64,000 nucleotides of DNA. It comes from Lama glama (taxonomy: Eukaryota). Below, piece by piece: positions 13,060-25,735 of this stretch. Both the position numbers and the translations under genes were made by a program. Below the pieces are notes generated by a model, which was not told the origin of the DNA, searched no databases, and was given only the letters and a program-made list of their open reading frames with translations. The first letter of the stretch is position 1. Every line of letters starts with the position of its first letter. The stretch covers positions 23,934,001-23,998,000 of the forward strand of contig CM052816.1 of assembly GCA_028534125.1 (NCBI GenBank). The letters run 5' to 3'.

Positions 13060-13845
13060 TTTAAAATAAACAAATAAATTATGATGAGGGAAGAGATTGA
13101 AACAACTAAAATAAGATTTCTTGCTCATCAAAGATATCATTTCTGTAAACTATTACACATTTACTGCAGAAGATTGAAAATGAATTGGTAATTTAAAATT
13201 TTTTTCCTAGGAAGTATTAAAAGTAATTATCAAACTAAGTTAGATAATTAAAATACTCCAATACTATACTCATACCTTCAATTTTATAGTAAACCTCATC
13301 AGTATGAAAAATATGGACTGAGGAAATTCCTGCCAAATTAAATTTTTGAAATATGAATTATTCTCTAGAAGATGAAGTTTTGTTTCCAAGAAATACCAAA
13401 AAAAAAAAAGTAGAATAAAATAATAGCAAGCAGTACTATTCTCTTGGATCTACTTAGTGAACCATTAAGGGCCCTCATACTGCATCCTAAATATAACCAT
13501 GTGTGTTCAGATAAAATATGATTAAAGGCTCACTGTTGTTTAGAACATGCTAATGCACATGCCTAGTTTTTTTACGTTAGAAGACACACATGTTAAGAGG
13601 CTTTCAGTCTGTACTATCAAAAACCATGTCCTCATTTAACCCAAAATAAGCTCTAGTTGAAATATACTTTTTCTGACCATTTTTGCCTTTAATACAATGG
13701 TGAATCATGGCATACATTTCCCTAAAATGCTGTTTTCACATCATGAAATTTAGGCTTTCATACTTCACTTTTTACTTCACGTAGTGAAATTTGAGTCATG
13801 TAATAATTGAGACGTGTGACACTCTACCCCTTCGTGCTTTGCTAG

Positions 13846-13974
13846 ACAACAATGAATGCGGGTCTCAGCCTTCACTTTGTGGAGCAAAAGGCATCTGTCA
13901 AAACACCCCAGGAAGTTTCAGCTGTGAGTGCCAAAGGGGGTTCTCTCTTGATGCCACTGGCCTGAACTGTGAAG
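13846..13974 (+). CDS. FBN2: Fibrillin-2 exon 61, cbEGF40
   Basis: tgctag|AC...GAA G|gtgagt; 129 bp; (D)NNECGSQPSLCGAKGICQNTPGSFSCECQRGFSLDATGLNCE. Confidence 0.96.
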
Positions 13975-15646
13975 GTGAGTTTATTTGCTCAAACATCCTT
14001 ATTCTAAAATAGCAAACTATTTTCTTTTAACTTCCAAGCCACTCACTGAAAATTGAGATCATCTCAAAAGAAAAAAATACATATTTAACAAAGTAGAACC
14101 CAGAACTTGATTTTTGGTTCATAAATTTTCATGTATTATTTTGGGGACAGAGGAAAACCTTAATGTGATGAAACAAAAATTTTGTCGGTGCATATTAGCT
14201 TTTAAATTAACTGAACTGTTTATCTGATTATTAATCTAAAAAAGAATTAAACTGAGAAAGAATGTGCCTAACTTAGTGTATGAGTATACCAGAAAAAAAT
14301 TGAATGTCTGTTCCATGATAGTCGAATATGTAAATAGTTAGTGTAAGACAAAGAATCAATTATTGTAGAGAACTGGGAAATGTACAGAAAGTGCTGGGGA
14401 AGACTCATGGTGATTTTATTTGGTCTGAGACCCTGATTCACTCTCTTTTCTACAATGAACATTTCCTATAAAGTCTCTCTCACAATAGGTATTTCCTGTG
14501 AAATCCATGGGAACATTTAATTGGGGATAAAATAAGAATCTGCCTGTGGTCAATAAAATATATTGTTCTTCAGTATTTCCATTGCAAGTGCCAGCGTGTT
14601 AAGACACATGTACTAGGATTGGTATTTTTTACACTATTCATGCCAGAGATTCCGAGGTCACATACATCGCATTATGTTTTTATATTCTATTATAATTTGT
14701 CTTTATAGATTTTAGTCACTCTTTAATTATTCTTAGAAATACATTATTTTGAATTCCAGAAATATATTCCAAGTTTTTAATATACTCTTTATAAGAATAT
14801 ACAACTTTTATATGTATCTAATTTGCAGCCAAGAAAAATTTAATTTAAAAAATTTCTATTTTAATATATTATATTTGAAGTCATTGAGACTTTGAAAGTT
14901 TTCTGAACATACAGCTGCTTGCCACGTGTGAGTTCAGCTTGTGATCATCCACATAAGATACCATTTATTAATTATCCCTATAAATTTGTTACACACACAT
15001 CAGACATGCCAATTTTATTTCACTCTTTATGGGTAGATTTCAAAGCCTCAGTTGTCATTCCAAAAGAGTATGCATATATGAACAAGGAAATTATTCCGTA
15101 TGTGTCATAATACCATATCCTGTCTAAAAATAACATATTTAAATACTTTAAATTTGCATCTAATTAATCTTGAATGGTAATAAAATTTTTTGCATGCAAA
15201 ACCATTATACTTTTTAAGTCTCTGTAGTTCTTGTATCTTCCCAAAAATGAAGATTACATGTCAATCACTTTTTAATCTACTGGAATGTGTAATGCAAATA
15301 TATTTATATCATTTACCAAATAAATCATACCATATGTAGTTAATCCATCCAAAATGCACAACATTTGTGGTTTCTGTGGTTGATTTGCTGAAATTAAGAT
15401 GTTATTTAGAGCACTGACGTAGCATGATCTGGTGGATAGCATAAGAATGATGTGGTTTCTTATCTTTAGAACCATTCTCTGCATCACCGCTGACTAATAA
15501 CCATGTGACTTGAAAAAAAATCACAGCCTCTTTATGTGTGTTGTTTGTTTATTCCTCTGATAATAGTTACCCAGGCTGTGTTTGGAGTGCAGTTAAGAAT
15601 AGGAGAAGAAAGGTACATAAAGATCTTGCCGGAATTATTTTTGCAG

Positions 15647-15766
15647 ATGTTGATGAATGTGATGGAAACCATAGGTGCCAGCATGGCTGCCAGAACATCC
15701 TGGGAGGCTATAGGTGTGGTTGCCCTCAAGGGTATATTCAGCATTACCAGTGGAATCAATGTGTTG
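15647..15766 (+). CDS. FBN2: Fibrillin-2 exon 62, cbEGF41
   Basis: ttgcag|AT...GTT G|gtgagc; 120 bp; (D)[39 protein letters not shown]. Confidence 0.96.
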
Positions 15767-18700
15767 GTGAGCACTCACTTGTTAATTGGCATCTGCTTTC
15801 CCCACCTTAAGGTATCTTTGAGTAAAATGTGTGAAAGAATAAAGGTTGGCGTTTCGGTATAGCCTTTAAATCCTAGAACTTAAGAACCAGTGCTTAGGAC
15901 TAAGGTATGGTCTCTATACCTATGTATATTTGAAAATATCTGTCATAACAATGTTAAGTACCAAAAGGGTAACTCAGCTTGAGCTTTTATAATTCTAATT
16001 TTCTGCTCGATGTAATTTTAAAAGATGGTGTCAAGAACCATAATCTTCATTTATTAAGGTCAGAGGCTTTTTATCAGTAATTTAGTATCTTTAGATTTAG
16101 GGTTGAAGGATTGCCCATCCATCCCCCTCATACAAATCTAAAGGGATTCAGATCAACTTAATGAGGGCTGTTTGTCTGTGATTTCCAGTCACGTATTTAA
16201 TGAAGGAGGTAAAAGATTTTAAGGTAGAAAAAGTACTTCCTTACCAAGTTTACAGCAAATTTTGTTGAGAACTCCAGACAAAAGTGTTTGTAAAATAAAT
16301 TCTGTAGGCACTCAGCTCTTCCTTGCACTGTTAAGAGTCATGGAAAGTCTCCTTTTAAGGAAAGATTGATCAAAGACGGCATTATTCTCTACTTGAATAG
16401 CCAGCTGACTTAGCATATGCCTAATTTCTTGGCTCCGTGTAAATGCCCTTCATAGACATACTGTCCAACACAGTGTGATGTTAGATGCTGGCACAGCCGA
16501 GCAGAAAGGGGAACAGTGGTCCTGCCGAGAAACAGCGGGGTGCGTCCTGTTTCTCCATAGTGATTTAAATTACCCCACACGTTATTTCAAATATTCTACC
16601 CAGAGCAATCCACTAAATACATTAATCTGATTTTATCCTTGGTGATCTTCTCAAAAGAAATTTCTAATGACAGTTTAGTGAATTGAGAAGAAAATCAAGA
16701 CAAATTTCAAAGGAGGGAAAACAACTCTGAAAGTCACAACTCTGCAGTGGCCTTGTGCCAGGTCAAGGACAAATGCTTTGCCACACCAAGAATACACACT
16801 CATGGGGAAATTCAGAAACCACTAATGATCTAGAAGTTAAGGATAGAGTTTGAAAGGATTATCAAAATGATGAGTCTGGAAGTCAATCAAAATAATCCCA
16901 TAAGCTTAGTTTACTTCTTTTCTCTCCACAGAAAAAAAAAACGTTGCAGAAGTCCTTACACCCTGATTTATTAATTCATAAACAAAGTGTAGGCACACTC
17001 TTCAGAACCTAGGGAATGGTATGTTTTTAGGTAGCTATTACAACAGTGTAAAACAATTCTATTATATTGCATTTTTTATGAAGTATGAAGCCCACCACTC
17101 TAATACCATAGACTTACTGGTTAATTCTATGGAACTTAAGAAAAAGAATGATGCTCTAATATTTCACATGTGTCAGCTTAAATAAAATTCTTGTTTTCAA
17201 AATGATCATCAGTAGAAATAGTAACATGTATGGACTATTAACTCAATTTCTAAGTTTTTAAGTTTCCTAGTGTTTCTGTCTGTAAGCATCTAATGCAAAA
17301 ATAGCCACCCAGGTTTTCACCAAATTTGGCCTGACTTAAGATGGCAGTCTGTGTGGGATATCCCAGTTCTCCTGGATGGGCTCCTTGGAGTAGGCACTGA
17401 GCACAGCAGTCACCCCAGGGCAGCTCAGGCTGGAGTCCGGCCAGAGCCTGGTGTGCCTTCTAATCAGGAGAGACCCCACGGACAGAGGGATGAGTGGTTT
17501 CAAAGATGAGTTCAAAACTAAAGATACACAAACAGATATCCCCAACTGCAAGTACTAATTAGTGAGCTTGCTCTGCTAACATGGGCACCACTAAGCAGCA
17601 GGCCCCTGAGTAGGACGAATCAGAAATTTATTTTGAAAGATTTGAAATTCTTCTGTTGAGCAACACAGCTGGTCTCTAATAAAATTGCTGACTTTCTTGC
17701 CTTTAACCCACAAAATACAGTTAGAATTTTAACTCAAATACATGGCAGTAACAGAATTAAACAACCCGTCAGGAAATAATAAAAGCAACAAGCTAGCAAA
17801 ATAACAAGCGTTATAACAAAATGCAAATCGAGAGGCCATAGATTATTTTTATGTCATTTCATGTATGCATATCCTCAGTCATTCATACAATTGAGGGGCA
17901 AATATAGCATGATATATTTCAGACAGATTTAACTACGGTCTCCTTGTAAACAGACAGAAATTTTAGTGCATCAGATAAGTAATACTAAACTATAAACTTA
18001 ACAGTGTTGTTAATACTACTGCCAATCTAAGAAAAATGAGTTCTTGTAAGTGTTAATATTGAAAAAAGCTTTTAATTCAAATGAAGACTTCTAAGTTTCT
18101 AGCCAGTTGCCACAGACCGTTTGTAACATTCTGATACATGGATTATGCAGAGTGAGGTAACTGTCAAACATTTGCAAGCATTATTATTATTCCAAATTGA
18201 AAATTAGGGAATATTGGCATTTGCGTATGATTAAAAATTACATCTTAATGTATGAAGCCTTGGGTTACCTGGTGAAAAACAACTTCTAGCTCCTTCTGTG
18301 GCCTTTTCAAAATAATTTGAACATGGTTTAATGAGGCTTGAGTCAGTTCAAAGTATGTCTCAAACAGGAACATATTTTGAAAGTCAGAATACTACCTAAG
18401 CCTATAAAATTATACCATGATGTATATTTATATTATATAAATATGAAGTTTATCATGATGTTTCCAAAAATTTTACATATTTTAAAATATTTTTGTCAGT
18501 GGTATGTTTAAATGCAATTTATTTAATTAAGTATTTTTCCTGGTAATTTTTCAACCTAACACACTATCTAACACTATATTCACAGCAGGATCAGTTTGTT
18601 AAATTATAATCTAACATTCTCTATTAGGACAGAAATACTTCATATAAATGTCACATTTAATTATAAAAGCAGAGGAGCCTTTGAGGCAGAATTCCAAATA

Positions 18701-19645
18701 TTTTGTATATAGAAATAAGATAGCAATTATGTTTGTCATAGGAAGCCTAGTTATTAAGAATTTATTTACATACTTTCTACCCATGAAATGAAGGCTAAGA
18801 CTTTGTGCATCTTAGGTAATCATAGTGTGTTTTATATCCAGTGATTAAGAATTCTACATTTGGCAGTCTGATTTAATTCTGGAATTATAATCATGATACA
18901 GAAATGGGCCTGATAACGTCTGCCCTTTCAATAACCTCTACGCTGTAGTTAATGGAGTTTAATTTCCTGTCTGAGAGACCTCTTCGCTGAGACTCCATCT
19001 GCATCTCCCATAATCTCACTGAGTTACTTCAGATAAGCACGTCCCTCTGCTGCTGTGTCCCAGGCGCACACCTAATTGCACATGGGCTGGTTCCCCCACG
19101 TGGGCTGAAACACAGACGTGTCATCTATTAGGTAAACAGGCACACTGCTCAAGCATAGTCACAAGAATTTGAAAGAATTCCATGGACCAGATGTGACCGG
19201 TGCCCCAGGTGAGAGGTGGATTATGATAAAGCCCACAGGAGTCAAGCCACAGACTAGCTATCAACCAGACAGTTAGGAGCAAAGTTGTCATTTCCAAAGT
19301 TAAAAAGCACAGTCAGGCTTGAATTTGTAAAAATGACAGGAACAACTGAAAGTATAATCTGTAATTATCCTGTTGTCAGGCATTTAAGGGACAGTGTCAG
19401 TGGTTAAACTAGTAAAACCTACGTCAGCTGATGACTGGATGCGAACCCATGTCAGAAGGCACACTCTGCGCCTGATGGGTTCTCAAGCAGGTAAAAGTGC
19501 ACAAGGTTGATGGTCCAGTAGACACAATTAATATTTATTTCAATTATTTTCATTTAGGGTATTTACGTTTTTTACGTATTTTCTCTCCATGTATAATGAA
19601 GGCTAGGAGAGTTGCTGGGAGAATGGATACAAATATAGACAGAGA

Positions 19646-19870
19646 CTTTTTAAACATTGAGATATAACTCACATACCATAAGATTCACTCTTTAAAATGT
19701 AAATTCAGTGGTTTTTACCATATTCTCACAGCAGTGTGCAACCACCAGCACCACAGCACCACAACATTCATCAACCCAGGAAGAAACTCCATACTCATTG
19801 AAAGTCATTCACCATTTCTCCCTCCCTGCAGCCCTGGGCAACTTGTAATCTCCTTTCTGTCTCTGTGACT
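19646..19870 (-). mobile_element. L1MB-type 3' end
   Basis: TTGAGATATAACTCACATACCATAAGATTCACTCTTTAAAATGTAAATTCAGTGGTTTTTA...GGCAACTTGTAATCTCCTTTCTGTCTCT. Confidence 0.75.
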
Positions 19871-20248
19871 CTGTCTGAGGTATAGCCTTCTGTTTGAGGT
19901 AGCCTACTGATAATAGAATAGAAGAGTTATTCAGTAGTCACCCTGCAAATAGCTGTCCCTAAAGGCTGTCAGCATATTCAGAAACCTAGTACAAACAGGA
20001 TATAAAAGGGTGGGGCAAGGTTATCTCAAGCTGTAATTTGGCTGGGGTGGGGGTGGCGCGGATTTGTTAGGTTTTGTTTTGCTTTGTTTCAGTGTCATAT
20101 GCTTTGTGAATCAACCATCAGGGTAAACATTTTAAAATATGGTTCTAGAGCCGTTTCCCCTGTTGAATCACAGGTACTTGGAGACGCAAGCTCTTTTTCG
20201 CCTCACTGCCCCTTTTGCAGTGTTGAGTCTCTTTCTTTGTGTTCATAG

Positions 20249-20480
20249 ACGAGAATGAGTGCTCCAATCCGAATGCCTGTGGCTCTGCTTCCTGCTACAA
20301 CACCCTGGGCAGTTACAAGTGCGCCTGCCCCTCGGGGTTCTCCTTTGACCAGTTCTCCAGCGCCTGCCATGACGTGAATGAGTGCTCATCCTCCAAGAAC
20401 CCCTGCAATTACGGCTGCTCCAACACAGAAGGGGGCTACCTCTGCGGCTGCCCGCCTGGGTACTACAGAGTGGGACAGGG
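20249..20480 (+). CDS. FBN2: Fibrillin-2 exon 63, cbEGF42-43
   Basis: tcatag|AC...CAG GG|gtaagg; 232 bp; (D)[77 protein letters not shown]. Confidence 0.97.
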
Positions 20481-21520
20481 GTAAGGCCATCCACCCCCTT
20501 GCACACAGGAAAGTGAGCATGATCCAGCTCAGACTGCGCTCCCTAAGATCAGGCTGCCTGGCCACTTGCGACTGTGGGGAAATGAAAGGGGATTAAAGGC
20601 CCTGAGGCAAGAGCGTTGGTCAGAGTGCTTAGGGTGTGGGAGGAAAAGGCACCAAGTAGGCATGTGGTTTATGTTCAACCTGTGGGACTACCTCCTTTGT
20701 GGTGAGCATAAGACTTGAACTTGTATACAGGTATCACTCTTTTGCCCCTGAAAACGGCTTGAATGGATTCGATCAGATCCCTCAAGGCCAAGGACAAGCA
20801 GATGTTTAAAAATGCTGCAACTCACATGTTGTCAGAGATACCTGGGTCATGAGGTACAAGTGGAAATGGTTCCACCCAGTTCTTCTGTGAATTTTGGCAT
20901 GTGCTAAAAGGCCCAGTGGTCCCTGAGGAGAGTTATCCCTCTCTTTGCTCATCTGGCTTTACGTTGCATGGTGAAGACGTGCCTGGTTGATGTGACACCA
21001 TCTCCACAAAGCTGAGTTCCCTCCAGCTAGTTGCACACTCCCAAGTGCAGCCGCCTCAAGTCCTGTCAGCTGCAACTGAGGTGGTGGCCACGTGCATCCT
21101 TCCAACAAGGCAACCAGTGCTCAACAGCACAGAAGATGGGAACTCAGGAGGAGCAGTGTATGAGTCAGGCACTGAGGGGCATGGACTGTTCTGTCCACCA
21201 TGGGTACATAAAAATGCTTGAGACAAAAGTCTTGGTGTAGACAAGGGTCATTTAGAGCCAACTGATTGACTCTTTCACTAACCAAAATAAGAGTTCCAAA
21301 ATCTCAGGTGTTAAAGCAGAGAGCTTTGTTGTGAACAGTAAACATAGGCTTCAGGCTTAGGATTCAACAGTGCTTCTAGCATTCTCTTGGGAAATTCATA
21401 CTTTGCTTTTACCTTCTTGATTTAACTACGCAGAGTGCTTCAGTCTAATTAGGATTGCAAATTGGGAAAACTTGGGGCTCACTCTTAGAAGAATTTTGCT
21501 GTTCAAAGTAAGAGAAATCA

Positions 21521-21641
21521 GGGGGGTGGGTGTAGCTCAATGGTAGAGTGCATGCTTAGCATACAAAAGGCCCTGGGTTCAATCCCCAGTATTCCCTCTA
21601 AAAATAAATAAGCAAACTCAGCTATCTCCCCCCAAAAAACA
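21521..21641 (+). mobile_element. tRNA-derived SINE, vic-1-like (camelid)
   Basis: A box TAGCTCAATGG at 21533-21543, B box GGTTCAATCCC at 21576-21586, A-rich/C-run tail; TSD CAAAGTAAGAGA at 21504-21515 and 21642-21653. Confidence 0.85.
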
Positions 21642-21826
21642 CAAAGTAAGAGAGAATCTCATGTATTAGGTGTTGAAGAAAAGACTATTTATGAAGTTTT
21701 TACGTTTATAATCTTAGGATTTGCTTTGTGGGTTTCTTATTTCGGAAAAGTCTTTCTCTTCTTCTGGAGAGCTTTAGTTAATGTTAATGATGAAGTCTAA
21801 CAACACCTTGCTCTCATTGCCAATAG

Positions 21827-21998
21827 CCACTGTGTCTCAGGAATGGGATTTAACAAAGGGCAATATCTATCGCTGGATGCAGAGGTGGATGAGGAAAACG
21901 CTCTGTCCCCAGAAACATGCTATGAGTGCAAAATCAACGGCTACCCTAAGAAAGACAGCAGACAGAAGAGAAGCATTCACGAACCCAAACCCACTGAG
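21827..21998 (+). CDS. FBN2: Fibrillin-2 exon 64, C-terminal unique region with furin site RQKR|S
   Basis: caatag|C CAC TGT...GAG|gtgagt; 172 bp; [61 protein letters not shown] is encoded at 21960-21971. Confidence 0.96.
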
Positions 21999-22589
21999 GT
22001 GAGTAAATCTCACTTTGTTTTGTCACAAGATTTTGCCCACATGGAGTCATGTGTACTAAGCAGTAAGCTTTTATGTAGGTTCCAGCCTATCGTGAAATTT
22101 ATTAGTTAAATTAATGGACACGATATGGCAGAGACAAGTACATTAAAATTAGTGGCATTTTTAGCTCAAAACACAAGATCTGGGGGAAAAGACTTAAGAT
22201 TCACAGTTGCAGATCATATGTTTCCATTTTTGATTTGTGCCAGAAGGCAGTAAGATGTCCTTTCTAGGAAATAACTATTTTGAAATGATTCAAAAAAACA
22301 AAATTATTTTGAATCTGGTCAGTTCTGTTTTATACATATAAACAGTTCACTAGGCTTATTTTAATTTTCAGTAGGTAAGCCAACTACATCTCATATTCCG
22401 TGACATTTATAAGATAGGTGTTCCTTCCATAAACTTTATCTCCAAGTAACTTATATTTTGTAAGAAGCTGAGGATCTGAATTGCCTACCACTGATATTTC
22501 TTTGCTGTTAATGGTATTTAGCAGAGTGGCTAAAGGGGTGGGCCACACACTTCGTGGTTTTGAAAGTGTTCCTTGCCCCTCTCCACTTA

Positions 22590-22770
22590 CTACCCATGTT
22601 ATATGAGGCATGTTTACTTAACCTCTACCTCAACTTCTTCACCTGTAAAATGGGAATAAAAATATTTACCTCTGAAGGCTGACAGAAGGATTAACTGAGT
22701 GATTACTGTGAAGTGTTCAGAACAGTGTCTGGCATAAGCATCACACATATTCAGTAAACGTCACCGAATA
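22590..22770 (+). mobile_element. MIR SINE
   Basis: TTACTTAACCTCTACCTCAACTTCTTCACCTGTAAAATGGGAATAAAA...GGATTAACTGAG...AGAACAGTGTCTGGCATA. Confidence 0.7.
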
Positions 22771-23823
22771 ATATCCGGTATCTAGAGATGTTGATGATTT
22801 CCCTCAGAGATCAGGGAGAGCACCACCCCTGTCAGTTAATATCACGGCCGATGCCCCATCAAAAAACCGCAACTAACTGGCTGTGTGAATTGGGCAACTT
22901 GCTTCAGTTTTCTGGGCCTTAGAAACTTATTTGTAAGACTAGACTTCTCTAGCCAAGAAGTCTCTGATTCTATTTTATAATAATAAGTAGGCCAGTATTA
23001 TATTTACCTTAAGTAGACTAAGGTTCTTCACTGATGTTTAAATATAGCAACTGAGATTATTCATCAAGTACCCCAAACTACAAATCCAGAAATTCTGCTT
23101 ATGAAACCCTCCCATTGTGGTTCTGAGACATGATTCTATCCTAACACTGACAGGGCCGCTTTAGCACCACCGTAAGCAAGTTTTTAACAGGCGCTCACTC
23201 AAAGCATTGGATTTTTGCCTGTCCTACTAAAGTAGCATTCTCAAACCTCCCATACTTCTTATTGAGTGAGACTTGGTTTATGTGGGCCCTGCCCTGTTGG
23301 CTTTTTGCCAAAGCTGGTTCAAACCTGAGCCCTGACAACTCTGCACGTCCCTCCCTCTGCACTAATGGCTCCCAGCAAACACACTGGCTCGTGGTTCATT
23401 GGCCTTACACATCAACCTGAGCCTTCAGAGTGAAGATTCCTCTGGGAAGAGTCCATGCTGTTGGATAACAGCTGCACTTCTCATTATAACTCCAGCGGAA
23501 AAAAAAAAATTACATTTCCTAAATTGTCTTTTTGTATTATTAGTAAGCATGCTATTCCATAAACTCAGCAAAAACTTGAAGTGTGAATGCTCCCTGTAGG
23601 CTCAGCCCTGTAACTTTACCTGGATAAGGCTGAGTGAGAAGTCGTAAAGATTTAAAGAGCATGCTCTGTGGAACTGACCTCTTCTCCCAGCCAACAGGAA
23701 GTTACAAGCGGCGTGCGGTGGGGCAGACACATTGTCACTGTAGCCGCACTTCAACAGCAGGTTCCTATCAAGGAACCTGTGCTATTGTAGCTCTTCCCAC
23801 ATCATTTCCTGCTCTTTCTCCAG

Positions 23824-24198
23824 GTTGAACAGATCAGCCTGGAGAGTGTGGACATGGACAGCCCCATGAAAATGAAGTTCAACCTCTCTGGCCTTGGCTC
23901 TAAGGAGCACATCCTAGAACTCATGCCTGCCATCGAGCCGCTCAACAACCACATCCGCTATGTCATCTCCCAGGGGAATGAGGATGGCATCTTCCGTATC
24001 CACCAAAGGAACGGGCTCAGCTACTTGCACACGGCCAAGAGGAAGCTCGTGCCCGGCACATACACACTGGAAATCACTAGCATCCCTCTCTACAAGAAGA
24101 AGGAGCTTAAGAAACTGGAAGATAGCAATGAGGATGACTACCTCCTAGGGGAGCTCGGAGAGGCTCTCAGAATGAGGCTGCAGATTCAACTCTATTAA
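23824..24198 (+). CDS. FBN2: Fibrillin-2 last exon (65), coding part: C-terminal propeptide (placensin)
   Basis: ctccag|GTT GAA CAG...; [14 protein letters not shown]...[17 protein letters not shown], the FBN2-type C-terminus; TAA at 24196-24198. Confidence 0.97.
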   Translation, partial: VEQISLESVDMDSPMKMKFNLSGLGSKEHILELMPAIEPLNNHIRYVISQGNEDGIFRIHQRNGLSYLHTAKRKLVPGTYTLEITSIPLYKKKELKKLEDSNEDDYLLGELGEALRMRLQIQLY

Positions 24199-25735
24199 CC
24201 CCTTGCAGACTTGGTTCCAGTCTCAAATCCCTGCACAGCCAGCCTTCAGAAGCCTTTGAGAAATCAATGACTAATTTTAAAGAGGAAAAAAAAGACTTTT
24301 GTTTTTTTTCCTCCCTGTCTCAGACTTCAGAATGTTGACTCTCACAGGGAGGGATAATTTAGACTCTGGTGTGGCCAAAGATTTGAGTACAGAGGCAACC
24401 GTCATTACTGTATTTTTTATATAACTTCACTTTAAAATATATTAAAAAAAAAAACTAAATGTTCAAGAGATCGGCATATGGCACTAAATGCACAAAAATA
24501 ATGTGAGCTTTTTTTTTTCCTGTTAGCAGTCTGTAACACTTTGGGTATTTTGCTATAGTTGCTAATTAAAAAAATATAGATGTTTATTTATTTTTAATGC
24601 AGTAATATATGGAGAAATGAACAAGCTATGTAAACAAAAAGGGAAACTCACTTGTTTTTCTTTAGATTTATAAATTTGAGCTATTTCTTTTAGAGGTGCT
24701 TTTTAAAAAATTCAGTAGATTCAAGAGATGTTTCCTTTGGTTTTCTGCCAGTTGTCCAACTGGTACACATCTGATGATTTTAAAGAAAGACTTACAGAGC
24801 TGAATGGGCAGTATAATCAATAATTTAAAAGACAGAAATGCCATTCGATCCTTTCTAAAGGAGATGAAAGCCAGAACAGCTCATTGTGATGATATTTCGC
24901 ATCACCAGACACACCAGGCAACAGAAGATGAAGCACAACCACTGTAGCAAAATACCTTGACTGCTTGTGAGACCAGTAGCGTTGCAGGCCAAACCGTACT
25001 GTATTTCCTTCTCATAACCTCAAGGAAGCATATGTGCTACCCACGACACCTCATTCTTACCCAGGGTGTGCTGCGTACTCGTGGTACTGTAGGCAGCTGA
25101 AGAACTGCCGTTCCTCGGAAAGGAACACCTGGCGTTCTGTAGTGTTTGGTGCTGTCTTAGATTAATGGTGCATTTATTATGTTCAAGCTATTTCAGGATT
25201 GCCATATGTGCAAGCAAATCATGCAGTACAGCCAAGGAATATATGTTGTTTTTTTTAAATCCATTTTTTTAGAATTTTCATTAATACTGTAGTTATACAC
25301 CATATGCCTCGTTTTATCATAGCCTATTGTGTATGAAAGATGTTTGTACAATGAATTGATGTTTAGTTTGCTTTAGTCATTTAAAAAGATATTGTTCCAG
25401 GACGTGCTAGTAAGAGTTTGTCTCTGTTCTTCTCAACCCAAGAACCTGTCCCTGGACCAGTGACCAAACCTCATATGTGAAATGGCCAAAGCACATGCAG
25501 GCTCCGGGTTGTTCCTTTCACACCTGTGCTGACCAAAGATTAGTCACCAGTTATATCCAGTTTGGGATTTTGTTTTGTTTTGTTTTCTAATAACTAAAAA
25601 AAAAAACAAACTGTGTAAATTTGTAATCAAGCGTTTGTGAGGAAGAACTTATGGCTTTTGGTTTTGTTTGTTTTCGTAGGTCTGTGTATCAAATATGACA
25701 CTTTTCTTGCAATAAAGCTTATTTTGGGGTAGCTT
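24199..25735 (+). other. FBN2: FBN2 3'UTR (end approximate)
   Basis: AT-rich sequence after the stop, ending near AATAAA at 25711-25716. Confidence 0.75.
25711..25716 (+). terminator. Probable FBN2 polyadenylation signal AATAAA
   Basis: Canonical hexamer ~1.5 kb after the stop, U-rich upstream and GU/U-rich downstream. Confidence 0.7.

Noticed and set aside
12508..13140. 185-210 aa ORFs
   Set aside because: Artefacts of translating the N gap.
21521..21595. tRNA-Ala-like gene
   Set aside because: The anticodon arm and acceptor stem are degenerate; the A-rich tail and TSDs indicate a SINE.
328..24198. Assignment to FBN1 or FBN3
   Set aside because: The furin site RQKRSIHE, the C-terminus RMRLQIQLY and tail-to-tail synteny with SLC12A2 all indicate FBN2.
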